From positions 69,874,001 to 69,938,000 of the forward strand of contig OX597818.1 of NCBI GenBank assembly GCA_951406725.2: a stretch of DNA of 64,000 nucleotides. Direction: 5' to 3'. This DNA comes from Octopus vulgaris (taxonomy: Eukaryota). Of this stretch, positions 52,286 through 64,000 are shown one piece after another (the first letter of the stretch is position 1; every line of letters starts with the position of its first letter). The notes below the pieces were generated by a model. The model was not told the origin of the DNA, ran no database searches, and saw only the letters and a list, made by a program, of their open reading frames with translations. Made by a program: the position numbers and the translations under genes.

Positions 52286-53424
52286 TTCTGCATATATATA
52301 TATATATATATAACAAACTGATAAATAAAACATATGCATATATACATACATATATGTACGTACCTACATCTACATGTATATATAAATGCATATATGGGTA
52401 CAGGACACAATGAGAAACGAAAACATAAACACAAAACCAAGGAACTGGACATTTTTCTTAAACAACGAAAAAATAGAGTACAGGACAAATAACACAAGGA
52501 AAATTCCCCTTCTTCAGTCGCCATGGTTTCATCTACTCTGCGTTTCAAAAGTGAAGGCGAAAATTAAATAAAATTTGAGATTTTTTTGCGGTGAGGTAAA
52601 AAGGGTAACAAAAACAGGACAGTAACGATAGTACAAAATATAAACAGTAAAAAACAGGACAAGGAGAATAACAGTCACACAGACAAGAAGGGCTGTTAAG
52701 CCGAACGAGATAAAATATTACAAACGCTATTTTTGAGAATGGCGAAGGAGCCACAGAAAATGCCATATACACTCACATATATATATATATGTATGTGTGT
52801 GTATGTGTATGTATATATACACTCATGTATATGAACATGCATAGATATAAATGCGTGTGTGTGTGTATATATATGTATATAGTTTTTCAAGTGATGTACA
52901 GATAGTGTATATTCGTAATAATAAGGTAGTCAGAATGTTGGATGATTATATATATAGTTTTTATTTATCTACGTCTTATTAACATTTTTAGCGCTTTCTT
53001 CTGTTATTAGAGTTATCAAAGAATGTTTCAAATTTAGATTTCTTAGCCTTTTTATAAAGAATTTTTGAGGGCTTGCCAAGCAAGGGAGAAGAAAGGAAAA
53101 AATTTTTTTAGAAAGGAGGTGGATGGAAAGAGATGTGGATTTTGTATGGTCAGACTTGTTTGTTTGGTACTTAGTGGCCTTTTAAGGGGGGGGGGGGGAA
53201 GAGAAAGGGAAAAGAATTTTTTTATTTGAATTGGTCAAGGTTTTAGTTGAAAAACCAGATGTGGTTCTTGACTTTCTTCAGTAAAAATTATAATTGCATT
53301 TCCAGGACTTTCACTTTTGCATTTATTAAAGAATAGTAGAATGAATGTGGTCAACTTTTGCTGATTGAAATTCTAGATGGTTTTGAAAGTGATTTTTGAG
53401 TTCACTATACGCCCACACAGTAAT

Positions 53425-53456
<32 letters not shown>

Positions 53457-53637
53457 GATACATAAGCTCTGGCTATCAAAATTTGTAACACTAGTAAGTA
53501 TGGTGTTTGTCTAATGAATTTACTGGAAGCTGACTGATAATGGAACCTTCATGGAGCTCTTACTCATTCAGTAGTAGGAGTGCCTATAACTGTACATACA
53601 CAGTATAGATTATTATATATATCTGTGTGTATGTATG

Positions 53638-53676
<39 letters not shown>

Positions 53677-53898
53677 TATGTTCTATATTATATATTTTAA
53701 TAATTACTGGTATTTTTATATATGTAAAGCATAATCTGTTATACATATATGTATATTATTATAATTGTTTTTTTTTGTTTTAAATAAATAAATAGACATA
53801 ATATAATGTCTAAAAGTTGATGAATACCACTTCTTGATCCCCTCCATTTTCTTATTGCCGTATATATATATATATATATATATATCAGATAATAATAC

Positions 53899-54093
53899 TA
53901 GCACCATTCTACTGTGCTTGATGAGATATTCTATCTCTGGAAAATTTCTGCCAAGAAGCTTTGTGTGTTTAAAAACCAGGATCTCACTTAGAATGACATC
54001 AGTAGGTCACCAGATACGAATGTTTTGGCTTGATTTGGCATCCTCAGTGCCATACACCACCAGGAATTCTAAGCCAAGTTCAGATCTTCATTC
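53899..54093 (-). pseudogene. Candidate decayed exon (65 codons, two TGA stops)
   Basis: Strong acceptor ttgctttttgcttttcctatgtag; frame E*RSELGLEFLVVYGTEDAKSSQNIRIW*PTDVILSEILVFKHTKLLGRNFPEIEYLIKHSRMVL; donor gtatta. Confidence 0.3.
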
Positions 54094-54935
54094 CTACATA
54101 GGAAAAGCAAAAAGCAACATTCACAGATTTGTGTGGAAGCTGGCCAGGCATAAATTAAATCGCTATACACAATTGAAATCACATTAGGTAAATACATTAA
54201 ACATATCTTCAGGGATGTTCTTGCATTCTAGTTATAAGAGACATACTTGCAACTTAGTATAAGGTAGTTTCATACTAAGAAGTTAGGTTCCATGTGATTT
54301 ATACCAAAATTGAAAAAATAAAAGATTAGAAACGATTAGAAATTAGTAATACGGCTGCCAAGAAATTTGAAGTTAAGCAAACAAAACGAAATATTCCAAA
54401 GGAATTCTCATTTGAGAATTACCATTCCTTCTGGAAACTTTTCATCAATGCTTGATCATTCTATGTCATAAAAATATATTTATCAAACTTTATTTATAAT
54501 CTTTGAGCAAATACTTGAAAAATCACAATAGTTAAGTGGATGAAATTTTGACATATTGGCTGAAGAATTCCGTATTGTTGTGTCATCGTTGGATCTGTGC
54601 TGTGCCCTGGGAAAAGCCAATGAATCACAGCCTTTCCACATTTCTGACAGCCAAGCGGGTGATAACAGAAGAAGAATGATTCTGTGATGTAGAAGAACAG
54701 AACTGAATGGAAACTGATGTCTAGTTTTGATGGTTTACCATAATCATATTGAATCCCTTCATATAAGAACAACAAAATATTCAGTGTAATTCAGTATGGT
54801 ATTCTTGTTCTCTATAACTTCTCTTTCTTCCTTACTTAGCATAATGGGTTGACTAGGTCTGTAATTCACCAGGTCTTCACAACAAAGTTATTGATATATT
54901 TCCCTGTTTGTTTGTTGTATACTTATGTGTATATG

Positions 54936-55249
54936 GTGAAAGTGCATGGCTTTCTGGTTAGGATGTTCGGCTCAAGATTGTAAGGTCACGGGTTCAGTTC
55001 CTGACAGCATGTTATGTCCTTGAACAAGACACTTTATTTTACATTGCTCCAGTCCACTCAGCTGGCAAAAATTAGTTGTACCTGTAATTCAATGGGGCCA
55101 GCCTTGTCACATTCTGTGTCATGCTATTTCTCCATGAGAACTACGTTAATGGTATTCATGTCTGTGGAGTGCTCAACCACCTGTATGCTAATTTCATGAG
55201 CAGGCTGTTCTGTTGATCAGATCGACTAAAACTCTCATTGTCATAACCA
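54936..55249 (+). mobile_element. SINE family C, CpG-decayed
   Basis: Same layout as 22302-22612. Confidence 0.85.
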
Positions 55250-55279
55250 ATGATGATGATGATGATGACAACAATGGTT

Positions 55280-55322
<43 letters not shown>

Positions 55323-55337
55323 ATGCTTTGGAATATA

Positions 55338-55729
55338 GGCATAGGAGTGGCTGTGTGGTAAGTAGCTTGCTTACCAAAAACATGGTTCCGGGTTCAGTCC
55401 TAGTGTGTGGCACCTTGGGCAAGTGTTTTCTACTATAGCCTCAGGCCAACAAAAGCCTTGTGAGTGGATTTGGTAGACGGAAACTGAAAGAAGCCCTTCG
55501 TATATATGTATATATCTATATGTGTGTGTGTTTATATGTTTGTGTGTCTGAGTTTGTCCCCCCACCATCACTTGACAACCGATGCTGATGTGTTTACATG
55601 CCTGTACCTTAGCAGTCTGGCGAAAGAGACTGGTAGAATAAGGTCTAGGCTTACAAAGAATAAGTCCTGGGGTCGAATTGCTCAACTAAAGCATGGCCAC
55701 AGTCAAATGACTGAAACAAGTAAAAAAGA
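55338..55729 (+). mobile_element. Full-length SINE family B (tRNA-like head, ccttgggcaagt CORE-like box, internal TA/TG microsatellite)
   Basis: ggagtggctgtgtggtaag..gggttcagtcc..gcaccttgggcaagtg..cagtcaaatgactgaaacaagtaaaa. Confidence 0.88.
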
Positions 55730-55760
55730 TATGCATGTATAATTGTACACACATATATAC

Positions 55761-55895
55761 TTTTAGAAGGAAAAGCTTGACAGTGACTTTCTGTAGCATC
55801 ATAGGACAATCTGATGATGATCTTGCATAGTGAGAAAGTTCAAATTTCGAAATCACTCTTAAATTTTTCCATGCAAAAATCAATAAATATTTAAT
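55761..55895 (-). other. Candidate coding exon (135 nt, phase 0-0)
   Basis: aactttctttgtag|IKYLLIFAWKNLRVISKFELSHYARSSSDCPMMLQKVTVKLFLLK|gtatat. Confidence 0.3.
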
Positions 55896-56772
55896 CTACA
55901 AAGAAAGTTATTGAGCAATCCTTCAGTTTGCTGTGAAATTGTCTTTATATATAAATTCACATGAAAACAAATGTTAATGTGTGTGTATGCATGTTTGTAT
56001 ATATATGTATGTATGTATATACAAGTATGTTAATTAGTCATGTTGGGGACGACATCCTGCATCTGTGTTGTATGGTGAGTGTTCACATGTAACAAAAACG
56101 TGTTTATACACCATTTCTCCATCACGTTGATCATATCGAATTAACTAAAATAATTAAAGAGAGCTAGTTAAGTAATTTAAGCAAAGGGGAATTACAGAGA
56201 TTAATTATATTGAATTTAAGTTGTTTCTAATAATATGGAATATTTGAAATTGAAGCGTGATATAATTTAATTTCATGTGATTAAAGTCACTATCATAAGA
56301 CAAGTGGAATACTTGCATATATAACATATCTATATAAATGTGTATGTGTGTGAATGTCTATGCATACACACATATATATGCATATATATATATATATATT
56401 TGTGTGTGTGAGTGTGTGTATATATATATATATACATACATATACACACCCATGTATACAGACATATATATATACACATACATACATACGCATACATATA
56501 TGTGATTATTTATACAAGCTGAAAAAATAGATCTCAGGAAATTAAAGAATGTGTTTAGATTAAAGCTGAGAATCTATATCAGTGACTCAAAGGCTGTAAG
56601 TTTTCAAACTGTTATGTGTTTTCCCAAAACTTTCAGCTCTCATACATACATACATACAAATAAATAAATATATAAATAGACAAACAGACAGAGATAGATA
56701 GATAGATAGATGATCATTTAAATGATGATAGATAAATAAGTAGATGGATAGAAAGATAGATAGTTAGATATG

Positions 56773-59700
56773 TTTCTTTATTGGCCACACTGGGCTGAAC
56801 ACAGAGGGGACAAAATACAAAGTAGAGCTTTTCTTTTTAGGAAGGAAAGAAAAAAGTGGGGGTAGACTTTCGATCAAAAGGGATAGTGGTAAAAAAAAAA
56901 AACGATCGATAGGGATCGTGTATCACAGAAGTGTGATAGTGTAAAATGGGAAACAGATTAGGTTTATCCTTGGAAAGAAAAGCCTACAGAAAAGACCATG
57001 GTGACCTCAGGGAATAATGTCATGCAAAAAAAAAAACACATTACAGTAAGTGACTCTCTTTTTTCCTTTCTTTTTTTTGGTTCATTGGATTATGCTCAAG
57101 GTGGATCCATCATTCACACGTGCTATCCTTGCTACATTCACCATCTTTTTTTTAAACATTCACTAGACAAAACTTGCCTCTCTGCTCTCACTTTTCAAGT
57201 GACACCTGTTCATCTATGTAGAGCCAGAGATGTGGCACTCTCAGCACATGTCTGCACATCATCAACCACAGCATGCTCAGCCCACCTTTTAATGGTTGCT
57301 GGTAGCAAATGGATCACCTGACCATCGGAACACATCCTTTCCACAAGAAGCGGAAGTGAATGCGTTCCTGTTTGGTGATAGTAGGGTTGGGACAAGGCAC
57401 ATCAGTCAGGCAGTAGTAGATGATGTTCATGTTCACCGCCTCTGCCTGACCTTTTAGGGACAGCTTCCTCTCGGCCCATTGCTGGACAAGAGTGACCACC
57501 CTACTCATTATCTCATTCCAGTTCTTCTCCATTTGGAGGTCTAGGCCAAACCAAACCCCAAGCAACTCAACCGGACCGTCGGTCCAGTGTCCCATGACAG
57601 AGGCGCTGTTGGACGGCATGGGCTTGCTTTTCCAAGTGCCGAGTTGCAAGCCCACTGATTTTTCCTGGTTGATTTTCGCTCCTGTCAACGCTTCGTAGTC
57701 TTTCAGTGTCTCACCAACCAGCTCGATGTGCTCCTAGCTAGACACTATGACGGTGACATTGTCCACGTATTCAAACACACTCATCCTGCATCCAATTTCT
57801 TACAGGATGCCCCTCAGCATTGCTAGCTTCTGCAGTAGTGGCTCAAGAGTCAATATGTACAGAAGTGATGAGAAGGGGCATCCCTGACGGACTGAACATG
57901 CAATGTCGAAAGGTCGCAATAGATGTCTATTCACATGAATTACTGAATGGATACCTCTGTACAAGGCAGCTATCCAGCTGCAGAAGATGGGATTGAAACC
58001 AGCCACTATGAGAACAGCCTCCAAGTATCGGTGGTCTACCCTATCGAAAGCATTGGATTGGTCCAAATTGATCAGGGCCCCACCCATGCCAAATTCCTTA
58101 ACTACCCTGTCTATGATGTAGTGCATCAGATGGAGGTTGTCATGGATACTCCAGCTCAGCACAGCGCATGTTTGAACCTTGCCGACCACTTTTTCAATGA
58201 CAAGTGCCAACCTCTTGGCTAACACCTTGGCCAAAATTTTCAAATCTGCATTGAGCAGAGTGATGGGCCTAAAGTTATCTATTACGTCCCTCTTGTTTGG
58301 ATCTTTCTTCAGCAGTGTTACAGCTCCTCAGCTCACAAAACCGGGGATGCTCCCGTTTTGCTGCCAGTTGCAGTGCACTGCTGCCAAGATATCTCCAAAC
58401 AAGTCTGGCATACAACTGTAAAGCTCAAGGTAGACCATCCAATCCCGGTGATTTTGTCCCTCAAGCTTTCTGCCATCACGTCCTGCACTTCTGCCACCAT
58501 GATGGCACCTTTGCAGCACTCTGCCTCTTCTGTTGAAAGTTGTGGCAGGTTGTGCAAGTGGGTACTGAAGTCCACCTTGCGTCCTCACTCACCACTTGTC
58601 CCAAACAGTCGGGCAAAATTTTGTTGAAAGGTCTCACATATTTTCTTGGCTCGAGTAATTCGCACCCCTGTTCATCTACCAGAGATTGAATGGTGGCTTT
58701 GTTGCCCTGTTGCCCCTCTGCCACCCAGGCTTCTTGCACAGCTGCAGCACCATCGTTCTTTAGAGCATGCATCCTAGCTCTGACAACACACCCTTCGTGT
58801 TTGGCGTTGAAGTGTTGGTCGAGGGCCAACCTTGCCGCCAAAACGTCGGATGCGATGCCACTTCTAATCGCCTCTTCTAGCTTCTTAACTAGGTCACTCT
58901 CTACTCTGCTTCTATCTATGGCTAGTGCTTCGGTATACCTAATCGCTTCTGCTTTTACTGCTCTCTTGAGGGCAAACCACCATTTGTTGTTGATGATGGC
59001 TCCCGTCAAAGCCCTCTTTACTAGTGTGCTAATCCGGTCTCTGAAAACCTGTCTCGATGGGAAAGATGTGTTTAGTTTCCAGTAACCAGGACCCTGCCTA
59101 TGTGTCTTGTCTAAGTTTAGCGTACATGTCACAAGTTTGTGATCCATGTAGCTGACCATGTGGGATTGTGGACACCCTATGCTATCTCTATCTGCTGTCC
59201 TACACAGTTTCCTATCTAGATACAATTTCGATGACTCTATGCAGTTGCTCCATGTCCACGTTGGTGCATTCGGGTGGTCGAGTTGGTACCTGTCAGACAG
59301 TTGAAAACATTTGAGCAGGTCTCAGGCATTTGCATCCCCGTCTATTCCCATCTCTGCCCACATAGTCTAGATGCGTGTCCAAGGTAGCATTCCAATCCCA
59401 CACTAAAAGTAAAGGACGAGACATTCCTAGGAATACTTCTAGACATTGAAAGAAATCTGGCCGACCTGTTAAAGGCAGTACATAGACTGATACAAGGTGA
59501 AAAGCACACCCATTGCTGCCGTCGATATTCAGGATAAACTAGTCTACCCTCCGGGTCTACGAATATTGTCTTTTCTTCGAGATCCAGACTCTTCTGAAAG
59601 AGTACCACTGTGCCACTACCGCCCATTTTCGGCAGACAGGGAGAAAAATAAATGTTAAACTGTCCACCAAACGTAGATTATGGAGTCTGGTCTCACTTAT

Positions 59701-60330
59701 GGCTATGATTTCTAATTCATGTGATTTTGTCATTTAAGAGGTATCCTTGTTTCCAAGGGGACCCCAATCCTGATCATAATCCTAATGATGTGTGTGCGTA
59801 AGCACTAACGATAGGAACAGAGAGTCACTTACCGTTGGAAAGTTTTTGTGTCTCCTCCTTCAGTATTTGCGCGAGGAGATCACTATAAGGTTTTTTGGAA
59901 GAGTACTTCTAGCATCTTCCAACCGCATCAGGGTAAATGGATTTTAGTGTGTGGTGCAGGGTTGGTGTGATGTGCAGTATTTTGATGTGTTCTGGTGGTA
60001 TTGTGTATGGGTGGTTGCCTGTGTTTATGTAATCCATCAACTCTGTATTTTTGCGTTGATGGCAGTGAGCATTGTGCGTGTGTTTGTTTTCAGGTGTTGT
60101 ATATCTCCCTGCTTTGTTTGCATTTGCATTTGGTTTGGTTCTTTTTCTGCTCCATTTCCTCCTTCCTTTTCTGGCTATTTGCCATTCCTCACTGCTTTCA
60201 TCTTCCGACGAAATTTCTGAGGAATCGGAAGCAGGTAGGGGCATGTTGTAAGCTTCTATGTATGTCTATGTAAGTGCTTATGGTGTTGTTTTCATTGATG
60301 TCAGTTGTTGACTGTGTGTGGTGTACATGA
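56773..60330 (-). mobile_element. Decayed Tx1/L1-clade LINE (ORF1 remnant, APE endonuclease, RT, 3' end)
   Basis: ORFs 59909..60244, 59342..59626 (GTVVLF, DPEGRLV), 58476..59225 (YLDR, MDHKLV, GPGYWKLN), 57800..58243 (LDQSNAFDRVDH, VRQGCPFS), 57314..57688 (LLGVWF, LSLKG). Confidence 0.93.
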
Positions 60331-60335
60331 TGTAG

Positions 60336-60526
60336 ACTGGCCCTCATGCTGGTGGCACGTAATAAGCACCCGCTACACTCTCAGAGTGGTTGGTGTTAGA
60401 AAGGGCATCCAGCAATAGAAGTATTGCCAGATCAGATTGGAACCTGGTACAGCCTCCTGGCTTGCCAGTCCTCAGTCAAACCATCCAACCCATGCCAGCA
60501 TGGAAAATGGACATTAAACAATGATG
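60336..60526 (+). mobile_element. RTE-like 3' UTR fragment
   Basis: Matches 12960-13140. Confidence 0.85.
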
Positions 60527-60951
60527 TGATATATATATATATATATATATATACCAAATATATATATCAACCATATTTTACTTGTAAGGAACTTAAACAA
60601 AGCAGGCATGAGCAAAGTGGTTTAATGGTGTTGGCATCAGTTAATAAAATAAGTTGCACTTGATGACATTTGATGAATGAAATTAATACTGTGAACATTT
60701 ATTGAAAGGTAAACATGGCAGAGAGACCACAATCTTGCCAGGGTCTCTAGGAACAATATTTGCAGATTGGCAATATATTGATCTTTCAGCTCATTCAATA
60801 TTTGCAAGGTGAATGTTAACATGAAGAGCATCATTATCAGCAACATGATGATGATGACGATGAAATGTGCATGTGAGTGTGCATGCATGCATGCATGTGT
60901 GTGTGTGTGTGTGTGTGTCTGTCTGTCTGTCTGTTTCCATGTGATCTTCAG

Positions 60952-61212
60952 TGCAGTCCCATGCAAAGTCTTGGCCAACCAAAGCCGTGTGAATAGATTT
61001 GGTTGATGGAAACTGTGCCATTGTGTTTGTTCCCCTTCACTTGACAACCAGTGTTGGTTTGTTTACATCTCCCATAACCTAGTGGTTTGGCAAAGAGCGA
61101 CCAATAAAATAAATACCAGGCTGAGAAATGTGCTGGTGTTGATTTCTCAACAAAACCCTTCAAGGTAAGTGGTGCCCAAGCATGATTGCAGTCCAGAGAC
61201 TGAACACAATAA
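60952..61212 (+). mobile_element. Degenerate SINE family B relative
   Basis: ggccaaccaaagcc..gtgaatagatttgg..cacttgacaaccagtg..ccagagactgaac. Confidence 0.65.
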
Positions 61213-61589
61213 AGGAGAGTTGATAGTGTGTGTAAGTGTGTGTGGACACATTTACATATCTATGTGTATGTGTGAATTTTTGTATATATACATATGTATA
61301 TGCATATATGTGTCTTATTTTATGTATGTGTGTATACATACATCTATATGTATATTCATAATCTCAGATTGCATCCGAGAAAATGAAGATGCAACAGAAG
61401 GACTCAACACAAAGAATAGAGTAAATATCAGGCTGTAAATAAAATTCTGTCCTTGTTTCCAAGTAAAAATCTAGTTTGGTTTAAATGTAACTCCTCAGCT
61501 TTATGTGAAATATGACAGTCATTAATTTATCATTTTCTTTCATATTTTGTCAATTTTATCATAATTGATGTTGCTGTTCTGGTGCCACT

Positions 61590-62582
61590 AAGGAAAGAAC
61601 ATATTCATCACGTTATTCTTTATGAATTTCAAAAAAGGGAATAGTACAAGTGTGGCAGCAAATTCCTTCAAAATCACTTTTGGTGATGGTATTGTGACAG
61701 AAAGAACATGCAGAAGTTGGTTTTCCCAATTCAAAAACTGCGACTACAGCCTGCAGGACAAAAGGAGCCCAAGAGGATTGGAAGCTAATAATGAAACAAA
61801 CCTGATTGTTACAGTCTGGGAAGTAAGCACGAGCCTCAACATGAGCCATACCATCTTTTCATCATGAACTGAAAAGGCTTGGAAAAGTATCAAAGGGTGG
61901 GAGATGGGTCCCACATGATCTCTCTGCTGACAGTCAAAGAACAACATGTTTGCTGTGCAACATTGCGATCTCATGAGCAGCAAAAATCTTTTTTGAACAG
62001 TCATTACTGGAGATGATAACTTTAAGCAAATATGTTAGAGGTCCAGTCGAAGTGAAGAGTCAGTCCAGCAGCCCAGAAGTAGCTTTCCTCCAAAGAGTAT
62101 TCTTCTGAGGGTATGATGGCATATGCATGGAATAGTCATCATGAGCTTAGCAGATGATTAAACAATAACAGCCAATGTATCCTGCCAACAAAAACGTCCT
62201 TCATTAACAAATAGAAAAGGAGTCATCCTTCATCCTGCTAACACTAGACCTGACACTGCACAAAAGACCAAAGATCTAGAAAAATAAGCCCAGAGAATTA
62301 TGCATCACCCACTTTTATTCTCCAGACCTCACACCTACAGATTACCGTTTCTTTAGAAGTTTGCAAAATCTTTTGAGTGCATTACTTCAAGAGCAGAAGT
62401 AGATTTCTTTTTTCACTTCTAAACCTAAGGAATTTTATGAACATGGCTTTAAGAACTCATTTGACAGATGGAAAGAGGTCATGGAGAAGAATGGTGACCA
62501 TATTAAGGATTAAATGAATCAGATTTTCTTTTATTTTCTTTATTGAGCCTTTAAAAACAGACAGAACATTTACTACAACCAG
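61590..62582 (+). mobile_element. Mariner transposase pseudogene
   Basis: ORF 61622..61867 (FGDGIVTERTCRSWFSQFK), WVPHDLS at ~61905, ITGD, YSPDLTPTDYRFFRSLQ at ~62316, RWKEVMEKNGDHI; many frameshifts. Confidence 0.9.
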
Positions 62583-62979
62583 ATAGATTTTCTATCAATG
62601 AATAACTGATAGTTGTACAAACGATTTAGTTCTTATAACACTTCTCAAAGCTATGAAAAAAAACCCAATTAAATTCAGCTGATGAAGACAGAATAGTAAA
62701 ACATGGATGAAAACATCCAGGAAAAAATTCCATCATCATTAAATATCCATTTCTCCATGTTTGCATGGATCGGATTGAGTTTATTTAGGCAAATGTTCTG
62801 TCGTTTATGCCTTTCCTGTTGCTAACCTTCACCTGTTTCCAAGCAAGTCTATATTTCCCTTTGGCGAATTTTTTGGTCTCATTTGCTAAACCACTAAGTC
62901 ACGGGGAACTTAAACCAATACTAGTGGTCAAGCAGGGACAATCACATAGACACACACACACACAAATGTGTGTGTATAT

Positions 62980-63100
62980 CATCATCATCATCATCGTTTA
63001 ACGTCCGTTCTCCATGCTAGCATGGGTTGGACGGTTCGACCGGGGATCTGGGAAGCCAGAAGGCTGCACCAGGCTCCAGTCTGATCTGGCAGTGTTTCTA
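62980..63100 (-). mobile_element. Young RTE-like 3' end fragment
   Basis: Near-identical to the reverse complement of 10233-10353. Confidence 0.88.
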
Positions 63101-63606
63101 CATATATATACATATATATAACAGAGCTATTAGTGAGGAATTATTGATCCAGGCAAAATACTTTATAAGCTCTTTGTTAGTACACTAGGCTAATAATATT
63201 GGGATCTCTTCAGTTTTGCTCACAGATTTTTAAAATTATTTTTTTAACTAAACAGTTTAAAACTTTGCATACTGGTGTAATTTCTCAAACTGAACACAGT
63301 TTACTTTCAACATTTTCGTGAAAATTTCGTATTTTAAAAGTTATTTCCTGTTAAAGTTGTCACGTTTTGGGAAAATTTAACTAATCAATGACTTGTATCC
63401 AGCTGAAGAAAGCTACTGTTGTTTGTGATAGTAATCAAAGAGTAACATCTTCCAGGTCATCTCCACTAAATGTCACCAATCGGTTCTATTTTATTTTTGT
63501 TTACTGCCTGTGTTGCATATTACACACATATATAGATATATATACATATTTATATACATATATATATATAGAGATATATATACATATATACATACACACA
63601 CACACG

Positions 63607-63668
<62 letters not shown>

Positions 63669-64000
63669 TATATATTTCATATATATACACACACACATAT
63701 ATATAGATAAAGATAGGGGGAGAATTCACAAAAAAAACAAAAGATGAAGAAAGGTGGCATAGACAACAAACAGATGTATTAGTTTAACGCTCGGGAAGTG
63801 AAAAGGTCTTAAACATTTCAAGCCTACGCTCTTCCACAGAAAGGAACACACAAAGAAACAAGGAGAGACAATAAAGAATGTGTAGTGGCTAGCGATCTAT
63901 ATGTATGTGTGTGTATCAGTGGAGACTCTGGCACTCGGGTTGTTTGGGCTTAGCCTGAAAATAAAATCTTCAAGTATGTCATTTCAGCCAATATCTCTGG

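Noticed and set aside
52500-52560. Permuted (type II) hammerhead: GAAA upstream of CTGAAGA on the minus strand, similar at ~28195-28240
   Set aside because: I could not form convincing stems I and III.
54590-54625. Lipase-like GxSxG motif FIGFSQGTAQ on the minus strand
   Set aside because: Short motif in a frame flanked by stops with weak surrounding similarity; likely chance without a search.
59826-59836. Splice-donor-like G|gtaagt between ORF1 and ORF2 of the Tx1-like LINE
   Set aside because: Single short motif in a decayed copy with no matching acceptor evidence.

Overview
AT-rich, repeat-dominated eukaryotic genomic DNA, most likely from an octopus or related cephalopod (inferred from the SINE/LINE families and microsatellite density, not verified by search). 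No intact gene can be named. Most ORFs in the track are translations of (TA)n/(CA)n/(TAA)n microsatellites or decayed transposon fragments. Recognisable content: R4/Dong-like RLE non-LTR retrotransposons, a ~3.5 kb Tx1/L1-like LINE, many 5'-truncated RTE-like LINEs, Penelope-like fragments, two mariner relics, a non-autonomous Helitron, a probable solo LTR and several modular tRNA-derived SINE families. Best second-look items: a cluster of minimal type-I hammerhead ribozyme motifs at 21.2-25.6 kb, inverted structures including a perfect 254-bp palindrome, a SINE 3' tail shared with the Tx1-like LINE, a CpG-retaining central domain with a promoter-like segment, and scattered candidate exons of unidentified minus-strand gene(s). 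I see no convincing wholly new system; the candidates extend known phenomena and are unvalidated.
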